A stretch of DNA of 64,000 bases, from positions 5,264-69,263 of IMG/VR virus record IMGVR_UViG_3300028908_000008; one strand, given 5' to 3'. The stretch is from a virus. The notes beneath the pieces are model-generated. The model saw nothing but the letters and a program-made list of their open reading frames with translations. It searched no databases and was not told the origin of the DNA. Both the position numbers and the translations under genes were made by a program. Positions 28,268-37,514 of this stretch are shown one piece after another (position 1 is the first letter of the stretch; each line of letters begins with the position of its first letter).

Positions 28268-29610
28268 TTAATATTAAAGATAAAGAGGCTTCGCTTAAGC
28301 TATATGTAAGCACTACACTTAAGAGCCGTCCTAAATATAAAGAGTACAAAACAAAGGTTAATACTAGCAATAGAATGTATGTGACCATTATGATTGTAAG
28401 TATTTTTTTAAGTGCAGTAGGTATATCGGCTATTGCAGAAGCAAATATTGTCATTGCATCACAATATAGAATTTATGTCATGTGGGTAGGTTTATTTGCG
28501 GGATTATTTGTGGGATATAACATAACTAGAACTCAACAAGAACTCTTTACATATATAAAAGAGTTAAAATCAAAATGGTATATCTTATCAAGCGATAAGG
28601 GTCTGTTATGGTTAGCGAGTATAATTTTAGATATAGCACTTATGACTTACGGAAGTATAGCTACTTATCAAATTAAATTAGACTTGCAATTTAAAGAGCT
28701 AAATCTACCCGTCATAGAATCTCAACGAAAAGACGCTTTTAGTAAGAGGGCTTTACTAGATGAATTTATAAAAGATAAAAGAGCTGAAAAGCTTAATTTA
28801 GAATCTAATAAATTTGATAGAGAAGGTTTAAAGAAAAGTAGAGAAGCTAAAATATTAGAGTTGAAAAAATCTATAGATGACTGGAGAGCTAAGGAGCTAA
28901 AACGAATAAGAAGATTTTGGCATTATGATGGCGGTACAAGTATATATGGTTCTGAAAAAAAAGCTAAAGAAGCATGTACTAGAAAGTATAATCGTAAGAT
29001 GTTGCAAGTTCCAAAACTAGAATCAAAGTTATTAAAACAAGAAGCTTTAATACTAAAAGATGTCAAGGCTCAAAAGAAAAGTAATGAGGATAAGATTCAA
29101 AAGGTTAACGAGGAACTAAGTAAATTGTATGCTCAAAAAGAATCAATTATTATCCCCTCTTTGTCTCCACCTAATCAAAAAGTTTCTAGTAAAAACATAA
29201 TACAAACTGCACTAGTGGCAATGGCTGTATCTATATTCTTAAGCAATATTCATGCTTGGCATTTAGAAACTATAAGGGTGTTAGATGGTTATGAAGCTCA
29301 ACAAAGAACCTTTTTAACTAATCAATATATGAGTGATAGAGAGGTGGAAGAGGTAGAAGAGGTAGAAGAGGTTACAGTTATACACCCTATTGAAGAGCAA
29401 AATAGCAAAGATGATAGTGAGGAAGAGGCAGAAGAAGTGATAGAGAAGAGAGTGGAAGAAGTGGAGAGAGTAGAGTTAAGTGATGACGAGATTCTATTAA
29501 ATATAGTGAATAAGCATAAAGGGGATATTAGTTTTAATGACTTAGTCAGTGAGTCAAAACTAAGTCGTCCTACTGTAAAGAGATTCTACAAGCGACAACA
29601 AAGTCTTTAG
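28264..29610 (+). CDS. Multi-pass membrane coiled-coil protein with a C-terminal HTH-like domain
   Basis: Three N-terminal TM helices, long coiled coil, fourth TM, acidic linker, DDEILLNI...LSRPTVKRFY. Confidence 0.8.
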   Translation: MINIKDKEASLKLYVSTTLKSRPKYKEYKTKVNTSNRMYVTIMIVSIFLSAVGISAIAEANIVIASQYRIYVMWVGLFAGLFVGYNITRTQQELFTYIKELKSKWYILSSDKGLLWLASIILDIALMTYGSIATYQIKLDLQFKELNLPVIESQRKDAFSKRALLDEFIKDKRAEKLNLESNKFDREGLKKSREAKILELKKSIDDWRAKELKRIRRFWHYDGGTSIYGSEKKAKEACTRKYNRKMLQVPKLESKLLKQEALILKDVKAQKKSNEDKIQKVNEELSKLYAQKESIIIPSLSPPNQKVSSKNIIQTALVAMAVSIFLSNIHAWHLETIRVLDGYEAQQRTFLTNQYMSDREVEEVEEVEEVTVIHPIEEQNSKDDSEEEAEEVIEKRVEEVERVELSDDEILLNIVNKHKGDISFNDLVSESKLSRPTVKRFYKRQQSL

Positions 29611-29830
29611 AGGTCTTTTAGAGGTCTCAAAAGATGTCCTAGAGGTCTCAAAAGATGTCCTAGAGGTCTCAAAAGGTCGTAAAGCCCTAAATTTGGGGCT
29701 TTGTGGGTTTAAGAAAATTTAAAGTTTTGGGTTTTTTGGGTGTTTAAGTCTAAAAAAATACTTGAAATTTTCTTTTTTTTCTGTTTAAGTCTAAAAAAAA
29801 TACTTGAAATTATCTTTTTTTCTGTTCAAG
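29607..29830. repeat. 21-bp TAGAGGTCTCAAAAGATGTCC x ~2.7, a 22-bp near-palindrome, and a ~41-bp unit x 2
   Basis: Units at 29619, 29640, 29661; AAAGCCCTAAATTTGGGGCTTT at 29681-29702; TGTTTAAGTCTAAAAAAATACTTGAAATT repeated at 29741 and 29782. Confidence 0.85.
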
Positions 29831-30073
29831 AGTCTCAAAAAAGTGATTTAAATTTAAAACAAATTATTAAAAAAGTTTGAGGTTTAGGTGATTTTTTGCA
29901 TCAGAAGTATTTAATTTTCTAGTCAATCATACTTAAAATACATGTATTTTAAAAAACTTCTATTAAATACCTAAAATAATCATAAATTTAATATCTATTT
30001 AAGTCTATGACGATATACTACTCTCATATCTCAAAAAGAGGTATAAAATAAAATATAAAATAAGGATTACAAA

Positions 30074-30415
30074 ATGAGTTTAGGATTAAGTAAGTTAGAG
30101 ATAGAGCATACGCTCCAAGTGAATGATTTGAGATTTAAGTATACTCTTGAGAAATTAGAGTTAGAAAAAGAGCTTAAAAAATTAGAAATTGAAAAAGAGT
30201 TAGAGGAGAAAGAAGTTAAAATTTCAGATATTAAAACGATCAAAAAAGTCACTACTCGAAAAGGGTATACTGCGTCGGCTAATGATGATCTGTTACTTGA
30301 AATTTGGAATAAACATGATGGTTCACTTTCATTAGACGAATTAATTAAAATAAGTCATGTAAAAAGAATTCATGTCAGAAAATTCTATTTGAGAATTACA
30401 GGAAGGATTTCATGA
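30074..30415 (+). CDS. Coiled-coil protein with a C-terminal HTH-like domain
   Basis: C-terminus resembles that of 28264-29610. Confidence 0.75.
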   Translation: MSLGLSKLEIEHTLQVNDLRFKYTLEKLELEKELKKLEIEKELEEKEVKISDIKTIKKVTTRKGYTASANDDLLLEIWNKHDGSLSLDELIKISHVKRIHVRKFYLRITGRIS

Positions 30416-30530
30416 TATCGCATTGTGGTACAAATGAAAAATGAATTAACTACAAACCAAGATAACAAAGAAGGATTACAAATGAAAACTGAATTAAATG
30501 CAAACCAAAACAACAAAGAAGGATTACAAG

Positions 30531-30905
30531 ATGCAAAATGAATCAGAAAAATCAATCAGAGAATTTAGTGTAAGTGAAATTAAGTATATGGAGCTTTATG
30601 ACAATGCGATGAAGGAAAACAAATACTTAACAGCTGAGTTATCTAATAGTAGAGAGTTGGTTAAAACGCTAACTCATAGACTTGCTGATGTTGAAGCAAA
30701 TCTGGAGTCATGGCGAGATTTGTATTATCAACTGGATAGTGAAATAAAGGAACAAAAAAAATGTGCTAAAGAGCATGGGACATTAGCTGAATGCTACAGA
30801 ACAGACTTAGAGCATGAGCGTGATCTTAATCTACTTAAAAACGAACGGATAAAAACTCTAAAGAAAACAATAGATTTTTACGAATCAAGAGATACAAACA
30901 AATAA
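30531..30905 (+). CDS. coiled-coil hypothetical protein
   Basis: ATG 30531 with AAGGA RBS. Confidence 0.7.
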   Translation: MQNESEKSIREFSVSEIKYMELYDNAMKENKYLTAELSNSRELVKTLTHRLADVEANLESWRDLYYQLDSEIKEQKKCAKEHGTLAECYRTDLEHERDLNLLKNERIKTLKKTIDFYESRDTNK

Positions 30906-30978
30906 CAATTTCTAATAACTTCAAGTTACCTTACAATTTGAAGTTATTAGTTTCACTTAAGAAATAAAAGGGAACAAA

Positions 30979-32181
30979 ATGAAAAAAGGATCAGTAATGA
31001 AAAATGAAAAAGTAACAATAAAAGGTTTTAAGGCATTTGATAAAGATTTTAAATGTAGAGGTATGCAGTATAAGAGTAACTCAACTTTCAAAGAAGATGT
31101 GAAACTGTTAATTTGTGAAGGAGGTTTGCATTTTTGCGAAATGCCGCTAAATGTTTTTAATTATTATAGTTTTGATAGTAGATTTGCGAAAGTTGAAGCT
31201 GTAGGAGATATAGAGAAAGAGGGTGACAAAGTGGCGACTAACGAACTAAGAGTTATTGAGGAAATAACTCTTAGTCAAATGTTTAAAGCTCATTTTGACT
31301 TAGTGCTAAAAAAAATAAAAACATCTAGTCGAACAACAAATACGACAGAGCATAAAGCACATGTAAGCACATCAGAGCATAATGCTCATGCAAACACAAC
31401 TGGGAACGGAGCATATGCTAATACGGTAGGCTATAATGCACATGCCAACACGGCGGGGAATGAAGCACATGCTAACACGGTAGGCTATAATGCCCATGCA
31501 AGTACAGCAGAGTATAAATCATATGCCAACACGGCGGGAAATTATTCACATGCCAACACATCGGGAAGTGATGCCTATGCAAACACATCAGGTTATAATG
31601 CCCATGCAAGTGCATTAGGAAGTGAAGCTTATGCTAATACATCGGGAAATTATTCACATGCCAACACATCGGGAAATGAAGCACATGCTAACACATCAGG
31701 GCATAATGCACATGCAAACGCATCAGGAAAATATGCACATGCCAACACGGCGGGAAATTATTCACATGCCAACACATCGGGAAGTGAAGCACATGTCAAC
31801 ACACTCGGAAATTATGCACATGCAAACGCATCAGGAGATTATGCACATGTAAACACGGCGGGAAATTATTCACATGCAAACGCATCAGGAGATTATGCAC
31901 ATGTAAACACGGCGGGAGATTATGCACATGCAAACGCATCAGGAAATTACGCACATGCAAGTGCATCAGGATACAATACTATTTCGGCATCTGTAGGGAG
32001 AAATGGTAAAGCAAAATCCGTAAACGGTTGGATTGTCATTGCTGATTGGAGATATGAAGAAGGTAAGTATAATATTAAGCGTATCTATACTGCAAAAGTA
32101 GGTGACAAAATACTTGGTGTAAGGATAACCCCTGATACTTGGTACTGGTTTGAAGATAGAAAGCTAAAGAGTGAAAAATGA
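30979..32181 (+). CDS. Phage protein with 11-aa repeats (DUF7666-like, probable beta-solenoid)
   Basis: KGFKAFDKDFKCRG.QY...GLHFCE.PL.VF.YY N-terminal domain; about 19 HANTxGxxA-type repeats; PDTWY C-terminus. Confidence 0.8.
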   Translation: MKKGSVMKNEKVTIKGFKAFDKDFKCRGMQYKSNSTFKEDVKLLICEGGLHFCEMPLNVFNYYSFDSRFAKVEAVGDIEKEGDKVATNELRVIEEITLSQMFKAHFDLVLKKIKTSSRTTNTTEHKAHVSTSEHNAHANTTGNGAYANTVGYNAHANTAGNEAHANTVGYNAHASTAEYKSYANTAGNYSHANTSGSDAYANTSGYNAHASALGSEAYANTSGNYSHANTSGNEAHANTSGHNAHANASGKYAHANTAGNYSHANTSGSEAHVNTLGNYAHANASGDYAHVNTAGNYSHANASGDYAHVNTAGDYAHANASGNYAHASASGYNTISASVGRNGKAKSVNGWIVIADWRYEEGKYNIKRIYTAKVGDKILGVRITPDTWYWFEDRKLKSEK

Positions 32182-32327
32182 AAAAATCAAAGATAATTAA
32201 AATTCTAAGAGAAGTAATACTTCTTCAAAATGATGAGATTAAAAAATTGAAAGACGAAGTAAAAGCTAAAGAGATGACAATCAAGTTTCTTAATGTTTCA
32301 AGAGATGCTTTGTTGAAAGAGTTGTAA
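32178..32327 (+). CDS. 49-aa coiled-coil peptide (not in the ORF track)
   Basis: ATGA overlap with the upstream gene; fills the gap to 32329. Confidence 0.55.
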   Translation: MKKSKIIKILREVILLQNDEIKKLKDEVKAKEMTIKFLNVSRDALLKEL

Positions 32328-32328
32328 G

Positions 32329-32748
32329 ATGAAACTATATATGCAGGGTTTAGAACCCGATAGAATATATCATAATGGCAAGATTTGGATATCTTGTCCA
32401 GTTGTAACAGAAGAGCTAGGGCTTCATGAGGGTTACTTCTATGTTGCGAAACATAGATTGAAAAACCTCAATTTTTACAAACCGAAAAAAACTAACTATA
32501 TCGACCAAGATAGTTATGATGAACTTGAAGCTCAACAAGACATGAGAGTTTGGTTCATCGCAGAATGTAATTTGTTTTTTGATTATTTATGTGAAAGATT
32601 TGGCTGGGAGTATGTAAAGAAGAAATTAGGATATAAATATTATCAGTCAACTTTTACGGATAACTTCAACTATTCCCCTGCTATACGAGTTTTTGTGAAA
32701 TTTAGAATGTTCATAAGAGACTTTGATAAATGGAAAGATGGAGCTTAA
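32329..32748 (+). CDS. hypothetical protein
   Basis: 139 aa, followed by a terminator-like hairpin. Confidence 0.7.
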   Translation: MKLYMQGLEPDRIYHNGKIWISCPVVTEELGLHEGYFYVAKHRLKNLNFYKPKKTNYIDQDSYDELEAQQDMRVWFIAECNLFFDYLCERFGWEYVKKKLGYKYYQSTFTDNFNYSPAIRVFVKFRMFIRDFDKWKDGA

Positions 32749-32842
32749 AAAAAGAGAGGTTTAAAACCCTCTCTTCTAAAATCAAGGATATTTGATTAGG
32801 TGTAATTATATTCAATAATACTTTCAAATAACCTTAAACCTC

Positions 32843-33346
32843 TTAAGCATTAAGTTCAGTATTCACCATTTCTTTGATTTGGTCTAACAATACTAAAGGC
32901 TTAGCTACTTTGTCAATTAGTGCTTGTGGATAATCAGCACTACTTGCTACTGTTGCCTCTAAAACTCTTCTAATGAACGCTATAGAATCATTAAAATTAT
33001 TAGAAGATTCATTAGGAGTATCAGCACCAAAACCGTAATTTTGAATGAGTGATAAACTAGAAAATCCCGCTACTTCATCAACACCGTTTCTAATATCCTC
33101 TAATAATTCTTCTTCTTTTACTGCTAAAGCTATATTCTTGCTAGTATCTAAAGTATAATTCCCCATACCTTCACTAATAAGCTTTAGTGTTTTACCTACA
33201 TTAATTAAATCTAGTGCTTCATCTTCTTCAATAGATAGATTATTTTGCAATTCTGTTAATGTAAAAGGATTAGGTAGCTCTAATAATGCGATACTCTCCT
33301 GCATACTTACGAGTTGTGATTGTTGTGTACTTGTAATAATTCCCAT
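32843..33346 (-). CDS. hypothetical protein, possibly virion-associated
   Basis: 167 aa, downstream of the fibre genes, own -10 box. Confidence 0.65.
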   Translation of the reverse strand: MGIITSTQQSQLVSMQESIALLELPNPFTLTELQNNLSIEEDEALDLINVGKTLKLISEGMGNYTLDTSKNIALAVKEEELLEDIRNGVDEVAGFSSLSLIQNYGFGADTPNESSNNFNDSIAFIRRVLEATVASSADYPQALIDKVAKPLVLLDQIKEMVNTELNA

Positions 33347-33434
33347 AATTAAAATTCCTTATTTAAATTTCGTTAAATACGATTAGTAACTATAGCAAAA
33401 AAGATAAATTTCAATCTTGCTATAGTTTGTTTTT

Positions 33435-35651
33435 TTAGTCGTCGATTAGATTTCTGTATTCTAAATCGTAAAGTTCTTTCATTTTAGCAGAACTTAAAAT
33501 AACACCAACACTTTTATTTGCTACAAAAACTCGCAAGTTAGAAAATATCATTGCCCCACCATAATGACCTCTCGCTCCATTAGCCGAATCCCATTTACCA
33601 ATAAAGGGTTTATTATGTTTTAGTGTTCTGATTTTATTACCATTTAAAGTTAATGTAGTATTTAAAGTATTAGAATCATGTATAACTCCAACATGTAACC
33701 ACTTATTTATTTGATTAACTCTTTTATATTTGCTATCTAATGTAAAGTTTACATCAGACAACCAAAAAGCAACTGTAAAAACATCGTTTCTTCTATATCC
33801 TACATGTAGCGTTTCTTGACTAACACCGTTTCCATCATGGTAAGTTCCTAACATGTAGCTACTTGCATCATTCGCTTTTTTTTCTGTTAATTTAATCCAA
33901 AATGAAAAAGCAAAAGATTTATCATTTAAATCTATATCGTTAACAGTTGATAATCTTGTTACTTCTGCACTTGCAAAACTTTTATTATTTACACCTCCTC
34001 CTAAAGAGTAAGTATCCTTATCGCCGTAAGAGTGTAGTCTCATTCTAAAGTCTGCTACCCCTGTTCCTTTTCGCCGAGGCAGGAAACTATCGAAAAGATA
34101 GCATTCTGTATTTGTGGATCCATGAAAATCAAAAGGATCAACTTCAGCAGATTTATTAACAATTTTTTCCGTTTGATTTGGAGGGAGACTTGTAACAAAT
34201 AGCCAATTTACACCATCCGATTTATAAATACCCTTATTAAACAAACCTAAATTTTTAGTTAAAATAAAATAATCATTTTTATGACCTTTAGCACTAGGAA
34301 AAGTATCAGTATGACCTATAATAACGCCATCTTTCATAGGTTTTTCAATAACTGTCATTTCTTTATTATCATCAATCATATATACGAATTTAGATGGATC
34401 ATCTTTATTATTTGTACCAGTATAGTAAAGTAAGACTCCTTTAATATCACCTATTGTATCTTTTACCTCTTGTTTTGTAGGAGCCTGAGGATTAGTTGGA
34501 TTTAAAATACCTAACGGTAAAAACATTCGATTGTATCCTGATACTGAAGTAGTTGCACTACCGCCAGTAAGCTCTATAATCTCACCTAGCTTATTTGAAT
34601 GAATGATATAAGATGAGTCTATAATTGTATCACTAGCCGAAGTTATAACACCACCCAAACATATAGTATCATTTTCTATGACAGCAGGTGTTAATCTAGT
34701 CTCAAAGCGATAATTATTTAAAGCTTCTTCTTTTGTGCTATAAACTTTTTGTCCTATTAATTGATATAGTTTCTTAGTTTTGTAATTTAAATAAAATGTT
34801 GAAAAAGTACAAGCATTAGCACTTAATGTTTCATTTCTACCACTATTATCCCAATCTTCTACATTAATGATATCTGTACTATCTGTAACTATTCCTGCTT
34901 GATTAATTACTGTAAATAGGGCATTATCTTTACCATGTATGATCGTACTCATTATTCGATTTTCACCTCTAATGAACGCATACACTGTACCTATATCAAA
35001 ATTTATTTTCTTGTCTGTACTAGCAGTTAAACGGAAACCTTTTTTTATAGCTCCAAGTCCAGTAAAATGATCGGCTATATTGTTAGTGATTGCATATCCC
35101 CAATCATTGGTAGGTTCGATAAGATGAGAATTTGTTGAAGGGTCTAATGAACTAGTAGTTGCTTCCATTAAATCACCAAAATCGGAAATAGCATAGCGTT
35201 TTTTCCCCATGCCATTCCCGTAATGCTCATAATTATCGTCTACTGTAGCTATTACATGCTCGTCTCTTGTTAGGAAATTATATTGAGCTATCCAAGCTAG
35301 GTTTTTACCCATTCCAATATATACACCCGCTCTTCTAGCTCCATCTTGTTCTCTTACAAAAGCTAACTTATTTTTAAATTCTCCCGAGGTGTCATTTGGT
35401 AAATCGCCATATTTATCGAAAAATCCAATACATTGATCTTCTCCAACACTTGTGACTTCTCCTGCATCATTCAAAACATACAATTTGTCATTGTATTTTA
35501 TAACTGTAATACCATTTTTGAAGTTAGCGGGAGTTGGTTCAGTAGTTAAAGTGCTAATTTCGTTAAAATCTTTTTTTTCAGCATCACTGATACCGCTACC
35601 ACTACTACCACTACCGCCACTACCGCCAGTATTTCCATATCGTCCAAACAT
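33435..35651 (-). CDS. Tail fibre / adhesin with a C-terminal LamG-like lectin domain
   Basis: Gly/Ser linker; SFAFSFWIK...WLHVGV...LNG...SNLRVF...LS..KELY LamG pattern. Confidence 0.75.
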   Translation of the reverse strand: MFGRYGNTGGSGGSGSSGSGISDAEKKDFNEISTLTTEPTPANFKNGITVIKYNDKLYVLNDAGEVTSVGEDQCIGFFDKYGDLPNDTSGEFKNKLAFVREQDGARRAGVYIGMGKNLAWIAQYNFLTRDEHVIATVDDNYEHYGNGMGKKRYAISDFGDLMEATTSSLDPSTNSHLIEPTNDWGYAITNNIADHFTGLGAIKKGFRLTASTDKKINFDIGTVYAFIRGENRIMSTIIHGKDNALFTVINQAGIVTDSTDIINVEDWDNSGRNETLSANACTFSTFYLNYKTKKLYQLIGQKVYSTKEEALNNYRFETRLTPAVIENDTICLGGVITSASDTIIDSSYIIHSNKLGEIIELTGGSATTSVSGYNRMFLPLGILNPTNPQAPTKQEVKDTIGDIKGVLLYYTGTNNKDDPSKFVYMIDDNKEMTVIEKPMKDGVIIGHTDTFPSAKGHKNDYFILTKNLGLFNKGIYKSDGVNWLFVTSLPPNQTEKIVNKSAEVDPFDFHGSTNTECYLFDSFLPRRKGTGVADFRMRLHSYGDKDTYSLGGGVNNKSFASAEVTRLSTVNDIDLNDKSFAFSFWIKLTEKKANDASSYMLGTYHDGNGVSQETLHVGYRRNDVFTVAFWLSDVNFTLDSKYKRVNQINKWLHVGVIHDSNTLNTTLTLNGNKIRTLKHNKPFIGKWDSANGARGHYGGAMIFSNLRVFVANKSVGVILSSAKMKELYDLEYRNLIDD

Positions 35652-35713
35652 ATCATGAACTCCTTATAGTAAATTTTTAATATTTTACTATAAAGGGCGA
35701 TTTAGTGCTTTTG

Positions 35714-37501
35714 TTATGCCGTTGGAGTTGGAGGATTACCTACATCTAAAACGGCGTGAATCGAACCACTAGGTATAGATATTTCCTTATAGTTATAGAT
35801 AGTTAATTTATCACTTGCGGGGCATTTAACAACTCCTACACTACCCACATGAAACCATGACGAGTCATCATCGTTCCTAAAATAAGTTTTTCTAAGATAT
35901 CTATAATCTATTTGTAGTTCACCTTTTGTGAATTGTACTAAAGCTTCAATAGGGTCTATTTTAAACACATGAAAACTCCCATCAGCTAGTTTTGGCTCAT
36001 AAATATAAAATATTCGTCCTTCAGTGTGTCCATCCCCCGTCTCATAAACGCCATTTGCTTTGTCTGTAGCGTCTTTACTCCAATAACCTCTTTGAGGGAA
36101 AGGAGTATCTAAACCATTCCATAAATCAAAATAGGGGTCTGTAGCAGGGTCTTTAGATGTTAGCAATACTCTAAATTTATTTGTAGTGGTTGTTCCACCA
36201 CCTTCATAGGTTTTATAATATCCTCCAAATTGAACATGTTTACCACTATTTGCATAAGAAGTCCATTGAATTACAAGATTTTCAGTAAGACTACTATCTA
36301 TAACACCCCCATCATGGGTTAACATTCCACAACCCTGATTTTCTCTAAAAAAGTAAGTTCGATTATCATACTCTCTATTGGATGCGTCCTCTCCAATACA
36401 ACTAGTTGTGTGACCAGTTTCATCACCTAATCCGAGACCAAAAACGCCATCATTTTCACATGAAGATACTTTATTAACAGTTATCATACCCGTTTTAATG
36501 GTGCTTGTTTTACCTTTACTATCTCTACACTTGTAAGCAAAATTATCTGAACCATCATACCCTTTGGTAGGCGTATATTTAAAAGTTCCTGCACTTTCAC
36601 TAACTGGAGTAATTACGCCATGTAAAGGTTCGGTAGTAATAGTAACGGTAGTATCATCGCCATCTGCATCTGTACAAGTTAAAGTAAATGCGTTATCTTT
36701 AGTGTCTTGATCGACAACAATAGTACCATGGTCATTTGCTACTGGAGCCTTATTTAATGGTTCGCAATTTAAATCTATAGTTGTAGAGGTTCCATCCTCT
36801 TTAGTTATTTTTAGTTGACACTTGTCTGCAACATTCTCTATCGTCTTTACATTCTTTTTTACTCTAGCATCTATTTTGTCTTGTTCATCTTTTAAAACTT
36901 TTCCTTGATTAGCACTTAATGCCGAAGTAGTTGAAGTACTAGTAAGATTATTTACTATAGTTGTTGAACTACCTCCAGCTTTTAACTTCACCCATTTACT
37001 ATCACTTTTATCCCATATATAACGCTCTACATCTGTACCGTTTGTATCTACATCGGCGTAATCACCTTCACTATTACCCGTGGTTGGTAGATCGCTTTCT
37101 GCTCCATACATTCCCCTAAAGTGCGTTTCATCTAAATTTAAAGTGTAATTAGTTCCATCTACTAAAGTAACTTTTACATCACTACTCCCCGCTACTACTT
37201 CAAGCTTCTTGATTAAAGTATCTTGAACATCTTTTAAAGTCTTTCCTTGTTTAGCACTTAATGCTTTGTCTGTATCACTAGAAGTAAGATTGTCTACAAC
37301 TTCAACCTTTGGTAATGTAACTGTTGTATCGGCTGAACCGTCCGTATAACTGATAGTTAGTGTGCTATCTTTCAAAGTTAAATCCTTAACAGCCTTTCCA
37401 CTACTTCCGCCACTTTTACAACAGTCAGTTAAAGTAATCTTGCTTCCATCATCATATTCAACAATAATATCATCGCCGCTTTTAGTCACGCTTTTTACCA
37501 T
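35714..37501 (-). CDS. Fibre / receptor-binding protein B (tail-repeat motifs, Ig-like domain, variable tip)
   Basis: VVDNLTS...ALSAKQGK repeats; NKAPVAND...TDADGD...YTP..GYDGSDNF Ig-like domain; AAGGAG RBS. Confidence 0.8.
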   Translation of the reverse strand: MVKSVTKSGDDIIVEYDDGSKITLTDCCKSGGSSGKAVKDLTLKDSTLTISYTDGSADTTVTLPKVEVVDNLTSSDTDKALSAKQGKTLKDVQDTLIKKLEVVAGSSDVKVTLVDGTNYTLNLDETHFRGMYGAESDLPTTGNSEGDYADVDTNGTDVERYIWDKSDSKWVKLKAGGSSTTIVNNLTSTSTTSALSANQGKVLKDEQDKIDARVKKNVKTIENVADKCQLKITKEDGTSTTIDLNCEPLNKAPVANDHGTIVVDQDTKDNAFTLTCTDADGDDTTVTITTEPLHGVITPVSESAGTFKYTPTKGYDGSDNFAYKCRDSKGKTSTIKTGMITVNKVSSCENDGVFGLGLGDETGHTTSCIGEDASNREYDNRTYFFRENQGCGMLTHDGGVIDSSLTENLVIQWTSYANSGKHVQFGGYYKTYEGGGTTTTNKFRVLLTSKDPATDPYFDLWNGLDTPFPQRGYWSKDATDKANGVYETGDGHTEGRIFYIYEPKLADGSFHVFKIDPIEALVQFTKGELQIDYRYLRKTYFRNDDDSSWFHVGSVGVVKCPASDKLTIYNYKEISIPSGSIHAVLDVGNPPTPTA

Positions 37502-37511
37502 GTTTTTCTCC
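36459..37511. repeat. 1053-bp direct repeat, copy B
   Basis: Near-identical to 38221-39273. Confidence 0.95.
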
Positions 37512-37514
37512 TTA

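Noticed and set aside
31340-31970. Non-coding repeat array, or the alternative-frame ORF 31622-31852
   Set aside because: The 33-bp periodicity is explained by the 11-aa protein repeat
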